Source of the DNA: Reclinomonas americana ATCC 50394
Lineage: Eukaryota
NCBI GenBank assembly: GCA_048213135.1
Contig: PS015118.1
Span: 90,371-154,370, forward strand
Length of the DNA stretch: 64,000 bases
Reading direction: 5' to 3'
Shown: in pieces, positions 23,539 through 35,900 of the stretch
Numbering within the stretch: position 1 is the first letter of the stretch
Layout: each line of letters starts with the position of its first letter
Notes under the pieces: model-generated
Seen by the model: the letters and a program-made list of their open reading frames with translations, nothing else
Told to the model about the DNA's origin: nothing
Database searches by the model: none
Translations under genes and position numbers: made by a program

Positions 23539-26500
23539 AGCGAGTGTGCTATCGTCTCTGGGTGCCTGCTGCTTAGGTGTCCTTCCGAAGTCATGTATGT
23601 GATTCCTGTTCGTTATCGTTTCATCTTTGTCGGTAGTCAGTCTTCTCCTTGTTCTTCTTCTTGTTCTTGTTCTTGTTCTTCTTCTTCTTGTTCTTCTTCT
23701 TTTTTCCTCTTCTTCTTCTCCTTCTCCTTCTCCTTCTCATCCTTCTTCGTGTTCTTGTTCCTGTTCTTTTCTTCTCCTCCTCCTTCTTCTTCTTTTTCTT
23801 CCACTTCTCCTCCTCCTTTGTCTTTTCTTGCTTCTTCCCCTTCTCTCTCCCTCCCCCCTTCTCCCCTGCGCTGATTGTTTGCGCTCCCAGTCGCATTTCA
23901 TCAACTGGCGTGGTGATTGCTCTTGTCGGTTCCGCTGGCACTGCTGGCACCGCTGATGGCGTTGGTGTTGCTGCGCGCTTCAACTCGCCGTTGGGAATCA
24001 CCCTCGACGCATCTGGCTCCGCGCTGTTCATTGCAGATTCCGTCAACAACGCCATCCGACGTGTCGACCTGGCGTCGCTGGCAGTGTCGACACTGGCAGG
24101 TGTTGCGGGGTCGGCGGCTGGCGTGGCTGATGGGGCGGCCTCAGATGCTCGCTTCAATGGACCAACAGGACTGGCTCTCGATCCAATAGTCGGCGTGCTG
24201 TATGTCACTGACGTTGCGTGGCAGTCGATCTTTCACGCGTCGGGGATTACTACTGTATTGACTGTATCACATGGCCTGTGCAGCTGACCAGTAGCACCGT
24301 GCGACAAGTGTCCGTCTCGAGTGGCGCAGTTTCGACTCTTGTTGGTCTGGCCGGCGTGACTGGCTCTGCAGACGGCTCAACGTCAGTGGCCACAATGTTT
24401 AACCCGGTTCGTGGACTAAGCCGCAAGTGTTTTGTTTCTTTGCTTTGTGTTCGTGCCACTCACCCGTTGTTATTCAGTATGGCGTGGCACTTGATTTTAT
24501 CAATGGCGGACTGGTCATCGCAGGTTTGGTGACTGTTACCAAGAAAAGTGGATAGATACTGGTTGTGCACGTTGGCTTGCAAATCTGATACCTGCTTACC
24601 TGCCTCTCTTTCTGTGTATCTCTTTAGATTAGTTTCGCATTTGTTGTTCACCCATGACTACTCATACCTGTGTTTGCGGATTGCAGAAAAGGGAAACCAC
24701 CTCGTTCGTCGGATATCGCTGCCGCCTTCACTCGTCGCAGCGAGTCCAGCCAGCTCTACTGGTACGAGCACCATCAGCATTACAGCCAATGTCTCGTGGT
24801 TGCGGCCGTCAACCACGTACTACTACCGAGCCATTGATAGCATCACTGGTCAAGACGGTGCTGTGCAGTCGCTCACCACACTGCAAGGTACAATTGTGCT
24901 ACTCCCGTTTGCGCTGCTGAAAAGAATCGTTGACATTGGTGCCTCTGTCGTACTGGTCAGCTCCTGTTGTCACCACTGGCGTGTCGATTTCGGTGACTCA
25001 ATCCTCGGTCATTCTACTTGCGTTGGTGAATGCCAAGAATGGCGCAGGTGTTCAGGGTTCGTTCGATGTCGGCACCTCGTTGTCGCAATTCGATTCCGCC
25101 ATGTTGGCCTCGTTGCTGGCTGGCTCTCTGGGAGTTTCTGGCAACGCGGACGGCACTGGATCGGCTGCCACGTTCACTGCCCCGCAGGTGTGCCGTTTTG
25201 ATCATTTTCTTGTTCGCTGCATGTTTTGTTCCTTATCCATTACCGATCGTCTCTCTCTCTCTCTCTNNNNNNNNNNNNNNNNNNNNNNNNNNNNNNNNNN
25301 NNNNNNNNNNNNNNNNNNNNNNNNNNNNNNNNNNNNNNNNNNNNNNNNNNNNNNNNNNNNNNNNNNNNNNNNNNNNNNNNNNNNNNNNNNNNNNNNNNNN
25401 NNNNNNNNNNNNNNNNNNNNNNNNNNNNNNNNNNNNNNNNNNNNNNNNNNNNNNNNNNNNNNNNNNNNNNNNNNNNNNNNNNNNNNNNNNNNNNNNNNNN
25501 NNNNNNNNNNNNNNNNNNNNNNNNNNNNNNNNNNNNNNNNNNNNNNNNNNNNNNNNNNNNNNNNNNNNNNNNNNNNNNNNNNNNNNNNNNNNNNNNNNNN
25601 NNNNNNNNNNNNNNNNNNNNNNNNNNNNNNNNNNNNNNNNNNNNNNNNNNNNNNNNNNNNNNNNNNNNNNNNNNNNNNNNNNNNNNNNNNNNNNNNNNNN
25701 NNNNNNNNNNNNNNNNNNNNNNNNNNCTCCCCCCAGCGCATGTGCATCGACTCGACAGGCGCAGCTGTGTTGGCTGACAAAAGGTCGGCATTGCATGAGT
25801 CGTCACCGAGCTCTCTGAATCCTTCTATCTGTTTTCTCATTTCGCGCACACGACGCAGTGCCCATGTAATTCGAAGGGTTACGGACTCTGGAGTGGTGAG
25901 CACGGTGGCTGGTATCGCCGGAACTACCGGATTCACCGACGGACCATCGACAACTGCAACCTTCAACAGGTCTGTCGTTTCACGTAGGTAATGAGTTTGA
26001 AATGCATTGCCACTCATCTCCCTCCTGTCTCTCCTTCAGCCCTTCTGATGTTGGTTGTGACGTGCAAACTGGCGCGCTGTATGTTTGCGATGTTCGTTGG
26101 CGACGAGTGTCTCTTTCAGTGATGTGCGGTGCTGATAGAATTCTGTGACACAGGTGTTGAATGTCGCCATTCGCAAAGTGTCGGGAGGCACCGTGTCGAC
26201 TTTTGTGGGTGGCACGAGTGGCACTGTGGATGGTATTGGAACTGCGGCGAAATTCGCGTCCCCCGTCGCCATTGCCGTGGACGCAGTCGCACAAGTCATG
26301 TATGTGTCGGATTCTACTAATCGCGTCATTCGGTGCGTATCATGTGGGAGAGTAGAAGTCTCTCTCTCTTTTTCTCTCTCTCTATTACAATCCCTCCTTT
26401 CCTTCTCTTGGTTATCTCCCGCATTTGTCCAGTTATTTGCTTACTCTGGCACCGACAGTCGCGTATTCTACTCTGGATTGACTGCCGTCTTGGTGGGATC

Positions 26501-29500
26501 GTTTGGCGTGCAAGGCATTCAGGACGGTGTGGGGAGCTCTGCCCGACTGAATCTGCCGGCGGGTCTCGCGCTCGATTCTGGTCGTGCGATCCTCTATCAC
26601 GTCGACAGTGGCAGCCATGTGCTGCGCAAGCTCGTTCTGTCAACGACCACGTTGACTACCATCGCCGGCGTTGCTGGAGCGCCTGGCAGTAACGACGGCC
26701 TCGGGTCGGCGGCCTCGTTTAGTGCGCCGCAGTCAGTGGTGATCGATGTGCTGGCCAATCTACTGTACGTTTCCGACGTTGCGTCCGTGATTCGCGAGTT
26801 GGCACACACATACATGCGGAGGCGCATTGCAGTCATGCTTCCTCTTGGGCTCACTTGCGTACGCATCACAGACTGCCAATCACACCATTCGGCAAGTCAC
26901 CTCTGCGGGACAAGTGACGACTGTGATGGGCTCTGCGGGTGCTGGCGCGTATGCAAACGGGCTCGGAAGCAATGCGCGCTTCAATGGGCCGGTATGTCAG
27001 TGTCGAAGCGTGTTCAGAATGCACTGTTGTACCCATTTTCATTGCGTGTCGCCGCCATGTGCAGGTCGGACTTGCCTTGAATTCGTCGAACCGGTATCTT
27101 GTCGTGTCTGGTATGCGGCAATTTTCTATGTTTTGCATCGTACTGTGCACTTACATTTTTTGTGTCCACAGAGGTCACGAACTTCACTATACGTCGTATT
27201 GCACTCGGCACGTTCTCCGTTCCTGGCGCGCCGTCACCGGTCACCGGCAACACCAACGCCACTATTACAGCCACGGTGTTGCAGCTGCTGCCTGCGACCA
27301 CGTACTATTACAGGGTGACCGACACGGTCTCTGCTGTCCGTGGCCTGACGCAGTCATTTGCAACGCTGGCAGGTATTTACATTTCTTTCGCGAGAGATTT
27401 CTCTCACTTGGCTTGATTTCTGATACACGCTGACCATCTTTTTAGCGTCTACGGTGACAACCAATGCGGTGTCCAGTCTATCGTCGGTGTCAGCGACTGT
27501 AAACTCAACAGTTAACGCTGGCGATCCGGATAATACCACGGGTAACGTGTTCGAAGTGAGCACCACAATGGCGGCGTTTGGAGCTCCGGTTTCTGCGTCC
27601 ACATTTGCCGGTCAATTTGGCGCACCAGGTGGTTCCGTTGATGGTCTCGGAACCGCTGCCACGTTTTACAGCCCTTATGTGCGTCGATTTGCTGTGTTCT
27701 CGTTGTGAGCGTTCCGGCGCTAATGGTTGATTCTGCTGTCGACAGGGCGTGTGTACCGACACGGCTGGTGTCACGTACGCCGCCAATAGCTTGTTTCGTT
27801 TCTCCTCATCATCGTCAGTGCGACACCACTCCCTCTGCCTTCATCTCTGATGCGTTCTCTTGAAACAATGCAGAGCACATACAGTTCGCAGCATTTCCGC
27901 AGCCGGTCAGGTGACAACCATTGCCGGGCAGTCAAACATGAGTGGCTACACGTCCGGTCCAGCGTTGTCGTCGCTCATGAACACGTGCGCCACACTTTGA
28001 TACATTCTTTTCGAAGTGCCGATCGTCTTACGCACTTTTGCCTTTAGACCATGCGGACTCGACGTCAATTCTCAGACGGGCTCTGTGTACATTAGTGAGG
28101 TGAGAACAAAACGCACCCACCCTCATGTCGATGTGTGCTGCATCCTTTTTCCTCATTTTACCACTCCATGCTTCTCGTATCATGTCGGCGTATCCAGAGC
28201 TCCAATCACGTAGTGCGCGAGCTTACCAGCGCAACGCTCACCACCCTGGTCGGCAACGGAACGTCGGGATTCGCCGAAGGTGTCGGTACCGCAGCAAGAT
28301 TGTCGCAACCATGTGGCACGGCCGTGGATGTCGATAGCGAGTGCATATTTGTCGCAGCCTCGGCAAACCATGTTGTCGTGTGCGTGTGTCGTTATGTCCT
28401 TGTTCTCACGTGGATAGTGTTGGCTGACGACCCTGCTGTATGTATGCTTGTTTGTGTTTCCTGTGAACAGTCGAGTGTCATTTGGTGGCACTCTCACGTC
28501 GTTGGTCGGTCTTGCTGGTCAGCCTGGATTCATCAACGGCATTGGCGCGGCTGCGCGGCTGAGATCACCGTCTGGAGTGGCTCTAGATCACCGCCGAGGC
28601 GTGTTGTATGTGTCGGACGGTGGCAACAACGCCATTCGCCAGGTCAACTTGTCGACGTTGGCTGTTACAACGGTCGCTGGCCTTTCAAACGGCAATAGTG
28701 GTAGCAGCGATGGAGTTGGCGCAGGAGCGTCGTTCAGCACTCCTGTCGGAATAGCAGTTGATTTGGTGGCCGCTGTGCTGTATGTGGCGGATGTTACGTG
28801 GCGGGTCGAGGATGTGCCTGTGTTGGATGCTGCATGTGCTTGGGTGCTGATCTTGTAGTGTCTCCTTATGTAGTCTGCGAGTCACACTATCCGCCGCATT
28901 GTGCCGTCAACCGGATCAGTGAGTACCATTGCGGGAACTGCTGGAACCCATGGTCTCGCACAGGGACCCAATCCGTTGTTCTACTCGCCAGTTTCGTTGC
29001 TGTGCTCGATCGTGTCGACTTGCCAGTGTCGCTAACACTCTGCCAAATCTCATCTCTTTGACGATGCAGCAAGGCTTGGCGTTCGATATGCGAGCCAATG
29101 GACTCGTTATTGCAGGTGGGCTGTCGGTCTATGCTAGCTTGTGTTCTGCGCCTGTGATTTCATCGCGATTTTTCCCGCAGATTCCAACAATCACGTCGTT
29201 CGCCGTCTCAGCCTACCACCGTCGTCGATTTCGGGCTCGCCCTCCAGCACAACCGGAACGGCGGATGCAAGCGTTAGCGCTACTGTTGCGCCGCTTGTCA
29301 GTGGTGCCACGTACTACTACAGAGCTGTCGATTCGTCGACCTCTATTCGGGGCTCGATTCTCTCGTTCACCGTTCAAGGTAGTAGCCAGCTGGCAGTTTC
29401 TGCCACCATGGATGTGGTTTCACTCATACCCCGGTGTTCCTGTTTCCGCAGCGCCGACCGTCACCTCGGCATCGGCGACAAACATTCTGTCCACCACGGC

Positions 29501-29862
29501 CACGCTCCCGGCCACTGTGAACCCGAACGGAACAGGTGTCACCACCAACAATGTGTTTGAGCTGGCATTCTCGCAAGATGCCTTCGGGTTGTCTGTGAGT
29601 GTGTCGACTGTGGCTGGCACGGCTGGCATGAGTGGAAGCACGGATGGCACAGGTGGTGCGGCGAGATTCAGTTCGCCGACGGTTTGTTTTCACCTGTGTT
29701 TGTTTGTGCTGTGGATGCGATTGTTATCGACTCTGCTCACACGTGTCTTTCTGCGACAGAATCTGTGCATCGATGCATCGTTCAACGTATACGTGGCAAC
29801 GTTGCGTGTACCACCACCACCGCGTTGCCCTTTGCATTCGGTGCATCGTTTCACTGTTATTC

Positions 29863-29902
<40 letters not shown>

Positions 29903-32900
29903 GTGTTGAGCAGCGGCGGCCACACGATTCGCAAGATTAATACGTCGGGTGCGGTGAGCACGCTTGTCGGACAGGCTGGTACTTCTGGATACACTGACGG
30001 TGCGGTGTCGTCGGCTTTGTTGAACAAGTTCCGTTTGCTGGAGCTGAGCTGAGCTGGTGGTTGTGTGCCTGTGTGCAAGTATTCTCATTTGGGTCTTCTT
30101 CTTCGTCTTGCAGTCCATACGGCATCGACATCAATCTGGCAACGGGCGATCTGTTCTTTAGCGAGGTGCGTTGATACGTGAGGATATACGGATAGGGAGA
30201 CTTAGAGAGAAGTGGTGCCGTAGCGTTGATGTCAAAAGTGTTCTGTGACATGCGTGTGTGGTATGAAAGAAGGAGACAGAGAGAGAGAGAGAGCGTGATG
30301 GCAATGATCTAAACTGGCGTCTGTATGTGTGTGGTCTGCAGGACTCGAATCATGTGCTGCGCAATGTGTCTGGCAGCACAGTGTCGACCGTGGCTGGCAA
30401 CGGCAGTGCTGGTGCTGTGAATGGTATTGGTAGCGCCGTACGGTTCAATGGACCACGCGGTCTGGCGGTGGACAGCGCAGCGGAGTGTGTGTACGTTGCC
30501 GAATATCAGAATCACAGCGTGCGGTGAGTTGCACTTGCTTGCATGCTTTAGCACCATGAAGTAAGATGGCTCACTCAACCTATGTGTGTGCGCACAGACG
30601 TGTTTCATTCAGCGGCATCACAACTACTGTGGCCGGTGCACTCGGGATGGCTGGATTAATTAATGGAGTCGGGTCAGCAGCGAGGTTCAACTTCCCGACC
30701 GATGTGGCACTGGATGGGCGTGGTGCGCTGTATGTGGCGGATTCGAGCAACTTTGCGGTGCGCAAGATTGTGCTGGCCACATCGACAGTGACGACTCTCG
30801 CGGGCGAGCTTGGTGTTACGGGTACGAGTGACGGTACGGGAGCGAGTGCGCATTTTAATCGACCTTTTGGTGTGGGTGTGGATCCGGTGGCGAATGTGAT
30901 TTATGTTGCTGATGTTGCGTGTGTGTCTGCGAAAATCTGAACTGGGACGACTGCTGTGTTCTTCACTCACCCACTGTGCTTTCATTTCCCCTCTTGTGTC
31001 TCTTCCTGTATTTTGCACAGGGACAACACATTCGACAAGTAAGTGCGGCAGGTGTGGTGACGACGATTGCAGGTGTTGCGGGGAGCAGCGGGTCGGCGGA
31101 TGGACTTGCAGCGATTGCTCGATTCAACATTCCGGTGAGTGTGTGTGTGTGTGTATCTATTCTTTCTCGTGTTGAAGGAAGCTCAATGTGTATGGATGAT
31201 TGTTCAGCAAGGGGTTGTTGTTGATCGATTCCGCGGCGGACTGTTTGTTGCAGGTGCGTGTGTTTATGAGAGAGAAGTCTGTGCACTCTCTGGTATCTGA
31301 ACTCACGTTGTTTTGTTTGTTTGTGTTTCCCTTCTTGTGTGCGTGCAGACACGGGGAACAACACGATTCGTAAAGTTGTTGTTCCACCTGCGTCAATCAC
31401 GGGATCACCGGCGACGGCGACGGGAACCATGGCAGTCAACGTGTCTTTGTCGCTGACGAATCTGATGCCGTCGATCACGTACTTTTTCCGATTTGCGGAC
31501 AGTGTGACGCTGCAACGGAGTGGATTGCGTGCGTTCCAGACATCTCCAGGTGCGCTGATTTGTGAATCTATTTCTTGTCGCTGTGAATATGTGTCGGGTT
31601 TCTCTATGCATTGTGCACCTGCGCTTCGTAGTTATTATGTCCTTACATATTCTATCCTTCCAGCACCGACGGTAACGACAATGGCGGCAAGCAACGTGCT
31701 ATCGTCGTCGGTGACACTGGCGGGTCAGGTCAATGCGCAAGGCGCACCGTCCACAGGCAACGCATTTGAGTTGGCGGTCAGCATGTCGGCATTCGGCAGT
31801 CAAATCACTGTGACAACTGTGGCTGGCAGTGCCGGAATGGGTGGTTCTGCAGACGGCACTGGATCATCTGCACGATTCAACGACCTTTGGGTTATTCAGT
31901 TTGAGTATCGTTTTCGTTTCCAAGCATCGTCTCATTGTATTCTCTTTCTCCGCACAGGGCGTTGCTCAGGATGTGAATGGCGACATGCTCGTCACAGACT
32001 ACGAGTACGCACGTTCTGCTTGACTCCTTTTGTGTTTGTGTTGCTAACTTTCTCTCTTTCTCTCTCCCTCTCTACAGCAATCACACGATCCGCCGAGTCA
32101 CCTATGCGGGCGTGGTCAGCACGATTGCCGGACAAGCTGGAATGTCTGGGCTGGTGAACGGTTCCACATTGGTCGCATTGTTCTCAAAGTTCGTTTCTTC
32201 GAGCTCGGTAGACCTCATGGCTCCTTGTACCATTGCACCTCATGTATTCCTGTGCATCAGGCCTCGTGGAATTGCCGTCAACTCTTCTGGCACCGTGTTC
32301 GTCTCTGAGGTTTGGGCAACAAGGAGTATTATATTGTCCGTGTCCATTGCATTCACTTAATGCTGCACAGGACGGCAACAACACAATTCGAGTGATTTCA
32401 TCTGGTACCGTGTCGACTCTCGCCGGTTCAGGCGTCGCCGGCAGCACGGACGGCACTGGTGCGTCTGCATCGTTCCACAGCCCTGCCGGCCTGGCAGTGT
32501 CGTCAGTGTCACGGGCCGTGTATGTGCCTGAGTATTTAAACCAGTGCATTCGGTGAGTGTGCTGGTCTCTTTCTCTGTCGACACGAGGGAATACGATGTT
32601 TGTTGTGCGCGTTTCAGTGCATCGCAGATATTCCAAGTTCATGTACCGTTCTTTTTTTGTGGACATCTACTCTCGTTGATTTCGTCTCTTGCGATGTCTG
32701 CGTATTTATTTGAAGCTGATGGTCGTGTTACAGTCGCGTTTCGTTGACTGGCGTTGTTACAACTCTCGTGGGCTCCGCCGGCAACGCTGGCAGTGCTGAT
32801 GGCGTTGGCAGTGCTGCCCGTTTCCGTGCCCCGATTGGTGTCGCCCTCGACACGTCCGGCGGAGTGCTCTTTGTTGCAGACTACGAAAACAACGCCATTC

Positions 32901-35900
32901 GTCGTGTCGATCTGGCTACTCTGGCAGTGTCGACGCTGGCCGGTGTTGCTGGGTCGTCTGCCGGTGTCGCTGACGGCACGGCATCTGCGGCCCGCTTTAG
33001 TGGACCATCTGGACTGGCTCTCGATCCTGTACTCGGCGTGCTCTATGTCACCGACGTTGGGTTTCCTTGAGCAGTTTGTATTTTTCAAGTTGTTGATGAT
33101 CGGACTTAACCTTTTGCCTTTTTTTTTTTTTTGCAGATTAACAATTACACCGTGCGACAAGTTTCCATCTCGAGTGGCGCAGTCTCGACTCTGATTGGGT
33201 TGGCCACGGTGGCGGGATCTTCGGATGGGTCGTCGTCTTTGGCCACGCTGAATCACCCGGTTTGTACCTTGCATGCCTTGCTTTGGATTGCTTGTGCATG
33301 CTGCTCAAATCTGTTGTGAATGCAGTATGGCATGGCGATTGACTTTGTTAATGGCGGACTGGTTTTGGCAGGTTAGAAACCTCGCGTCGAAAGTGTGGAG
33401 AGAGGGAGATGTTGGTGCCAAAAACCATGTCATGATGATGATGTCTTCTCGCTTTTCTTCTTTCCGGTTGATATCGACTTCCATTTCTGTGTGATTGCTC
33501 GAGTCTCATGCCCTTGAGGTTCACAGACTTTGGCAACCAACTTGTGCGTCGAGTATCGCTGCCGCCATCGGTCATCGCAGCGAGTCCGGCCAGCTCCTCA
33601 GGTAGCAGCACCACCAACATCTCAGTCAGCATCGCGTGGTTGCGGCCGTCTATCACGTACTATTATCGAGCCATAGACAGCATCACTGGTCAGCGCGGTG
33701 CGGTGCAGCAGTTTGCCACGCTGCAAGGTGTGTCTGTCATTCTGTGTTTTTTCTTTGATTACTTCAACTACCTGCCTCACGTTTTTCAATCACAGCGCCG
33801 ACCGTCACCTCGGCATCGGCGACAAACATTCTGTCCACTACTGCCACGCTCCCCGCCACTGTGAACCCGAATGGAGCTGGTGTCACCACAAACAATGTGT
33901 TCGAGTTGGCATTCACGCAAGACTCATACGGATCCGCTGTGAGTGTGTCGACTGTGGCTGGCACGGCTGGCATGAGTGGAAGCACGGATGGCACAGGTGG
34001 TGCGGCGAGATTCGTGTCACCGACGGTTTGGTGTCTCCTGTGTTTGTTTGTGCCGTGCGTGTGATTGTTATCGACTCTGCTCACACGTGATTTTCTGCGA
34101 CAGAATCTGTGCATCGATGCATCGTTCAACGTGTATGTGGCAACGTTTCGTGTACCACCACTGCATTGCCGTTTGCATTCGGTGCACCGTTTCACTGTTA
34201 CTCATTGTCTTTCTCTCTTTCCTGTTGTGCAGCGGTGAACACACGATCCGTAAAATCGACGTGTCGGGTACAGTGAGCACGTTTGTCGGACAGGCTGGTA
34301 CGTCTGGATACACTGACGGCGCAGTGTCGTCGGCGCTGTTGAACAAGTTCCGTTTGCTGGAGCTGAGCTGAGCTGGTGGTTGTGTGCTTGTGCGCAAGTA
34401 ATCTCATTTGGGTCTTCTTCTTCGTCTTGCAGTCCATACGGCATCGACATCAATCTTGCAACGGGCGATCTGTACTTTAGCGAGGTGCGTTGATACGTGA
34501 GGATATACGGATAGGGAGACATAGAGAGACGTGGTGCCGTAGTATTGATGTCAAAGTGTTCTGTGGCATGCGTGTTTTGTTGTGTGTGTGTGTGTGTGTG
34601 TGTGTGTTGTGTGTGTGATATGAGAGAGAGAGAGAGCGTGTGATGGCAATGATCTAAACTGGCGTCTGTATGTGTATGGTATGCAGGACTCGAATAATGT
34701 GCTTCGCAATGTGTCAGGCAGCACAGTGTCGACCGTGGCTGGCAACGGCAGTGCTGGTGCTGTGAATGGTATTGGCAGTGTGGCGCGGTTTAATGGACCA
34801 CGCGGTCTGGCGGTGGACAGCGCAGCGGAGTGTGTGTACGTTGCCGAGTATCAGAATCACAGCGTGCGGTGAGTTGCACTTGCTTGCATGCCTTTTTGCA
34901 CCATGAGGTAGGATGACTCACCCAACCTATGTGTGTGCGCACAGACGTGTTTCATTCAGCGGCATCACGACAACTGTGGCCGGCACACTCGGAATGGCTG
35001 GATTGATCGATGGAATCGGGTCTGCTGCGAGGTTCAACTTCCCGACCGATGTGGCACTGGATGGGCGTGGTGCGCTGTATGTGGCGGATGCGAGCAACTT
35101 TGCGGTGCGCAAGATTGTGCTGGCGACGGCAACGGTTACGACGCTTGCGGGCGAGCTTGGTGTTGCGGGCACGAGTGATGGCACGGGAGTGAGTGCGCAT
35201 TTCAATCGACCGTTTGGTGTGGGTGTGGATCCGGTGGCGAATGTGATTTATGTTGCTGATGTTGCGTGTGTGTCTGCGAAAATCTGAACTGAGGGGACTG
35301 CTGATGTTCTTCACTCACCCACTGTGCTTTCATTTCCCCTCTTGTGTCTCTTGCGGTATTTCGTGCAGGGCGAACACATTCGGCAAGTGAGTGCGGCAGG
35401 TGCGGTGACGACGATTGCAGGTGTTGCGGGGAGCAGTGGGTCGGCGGATGGACTTGCAGCGATTGCTCGATTCAACATTCCGGTGAGTGTGTGTGTGTGT
35501 GTATCTATTCTTTCTCGTGTTGAAGAAGTCTCATTTTGTTTTGGGATGATTGCGCAGCAAGGGGTTGTTGTTGATCGATTCCGCGGCGGGCTGTTTGTTG
35601 CAGGTGCGTGTGTTTATGAGAGAGAAGTCTGTGCACTCTCTGGTATCTGAACTCACGTTGTTTTGTTTGTTTGTGTTTCCCTTCTTGTGTGCGTGCAGAC
35701 ACGGGGAACAACACGATTCGTAAAATTGTTGTTCCACCTGCGTCGATCACGGGATCACCGGCGACGGCGACGGGAACCATGGCAGTCAACGTGTCTTTGT
35801 CGCTGACGAATCTGATGCCGTCGATCACGTACTTTTTCCGATTTGCGGACAGTGTGACACTGCAGCGGAGTGGAGTGCGTGCGTTCCAGACGCCTGTCGG

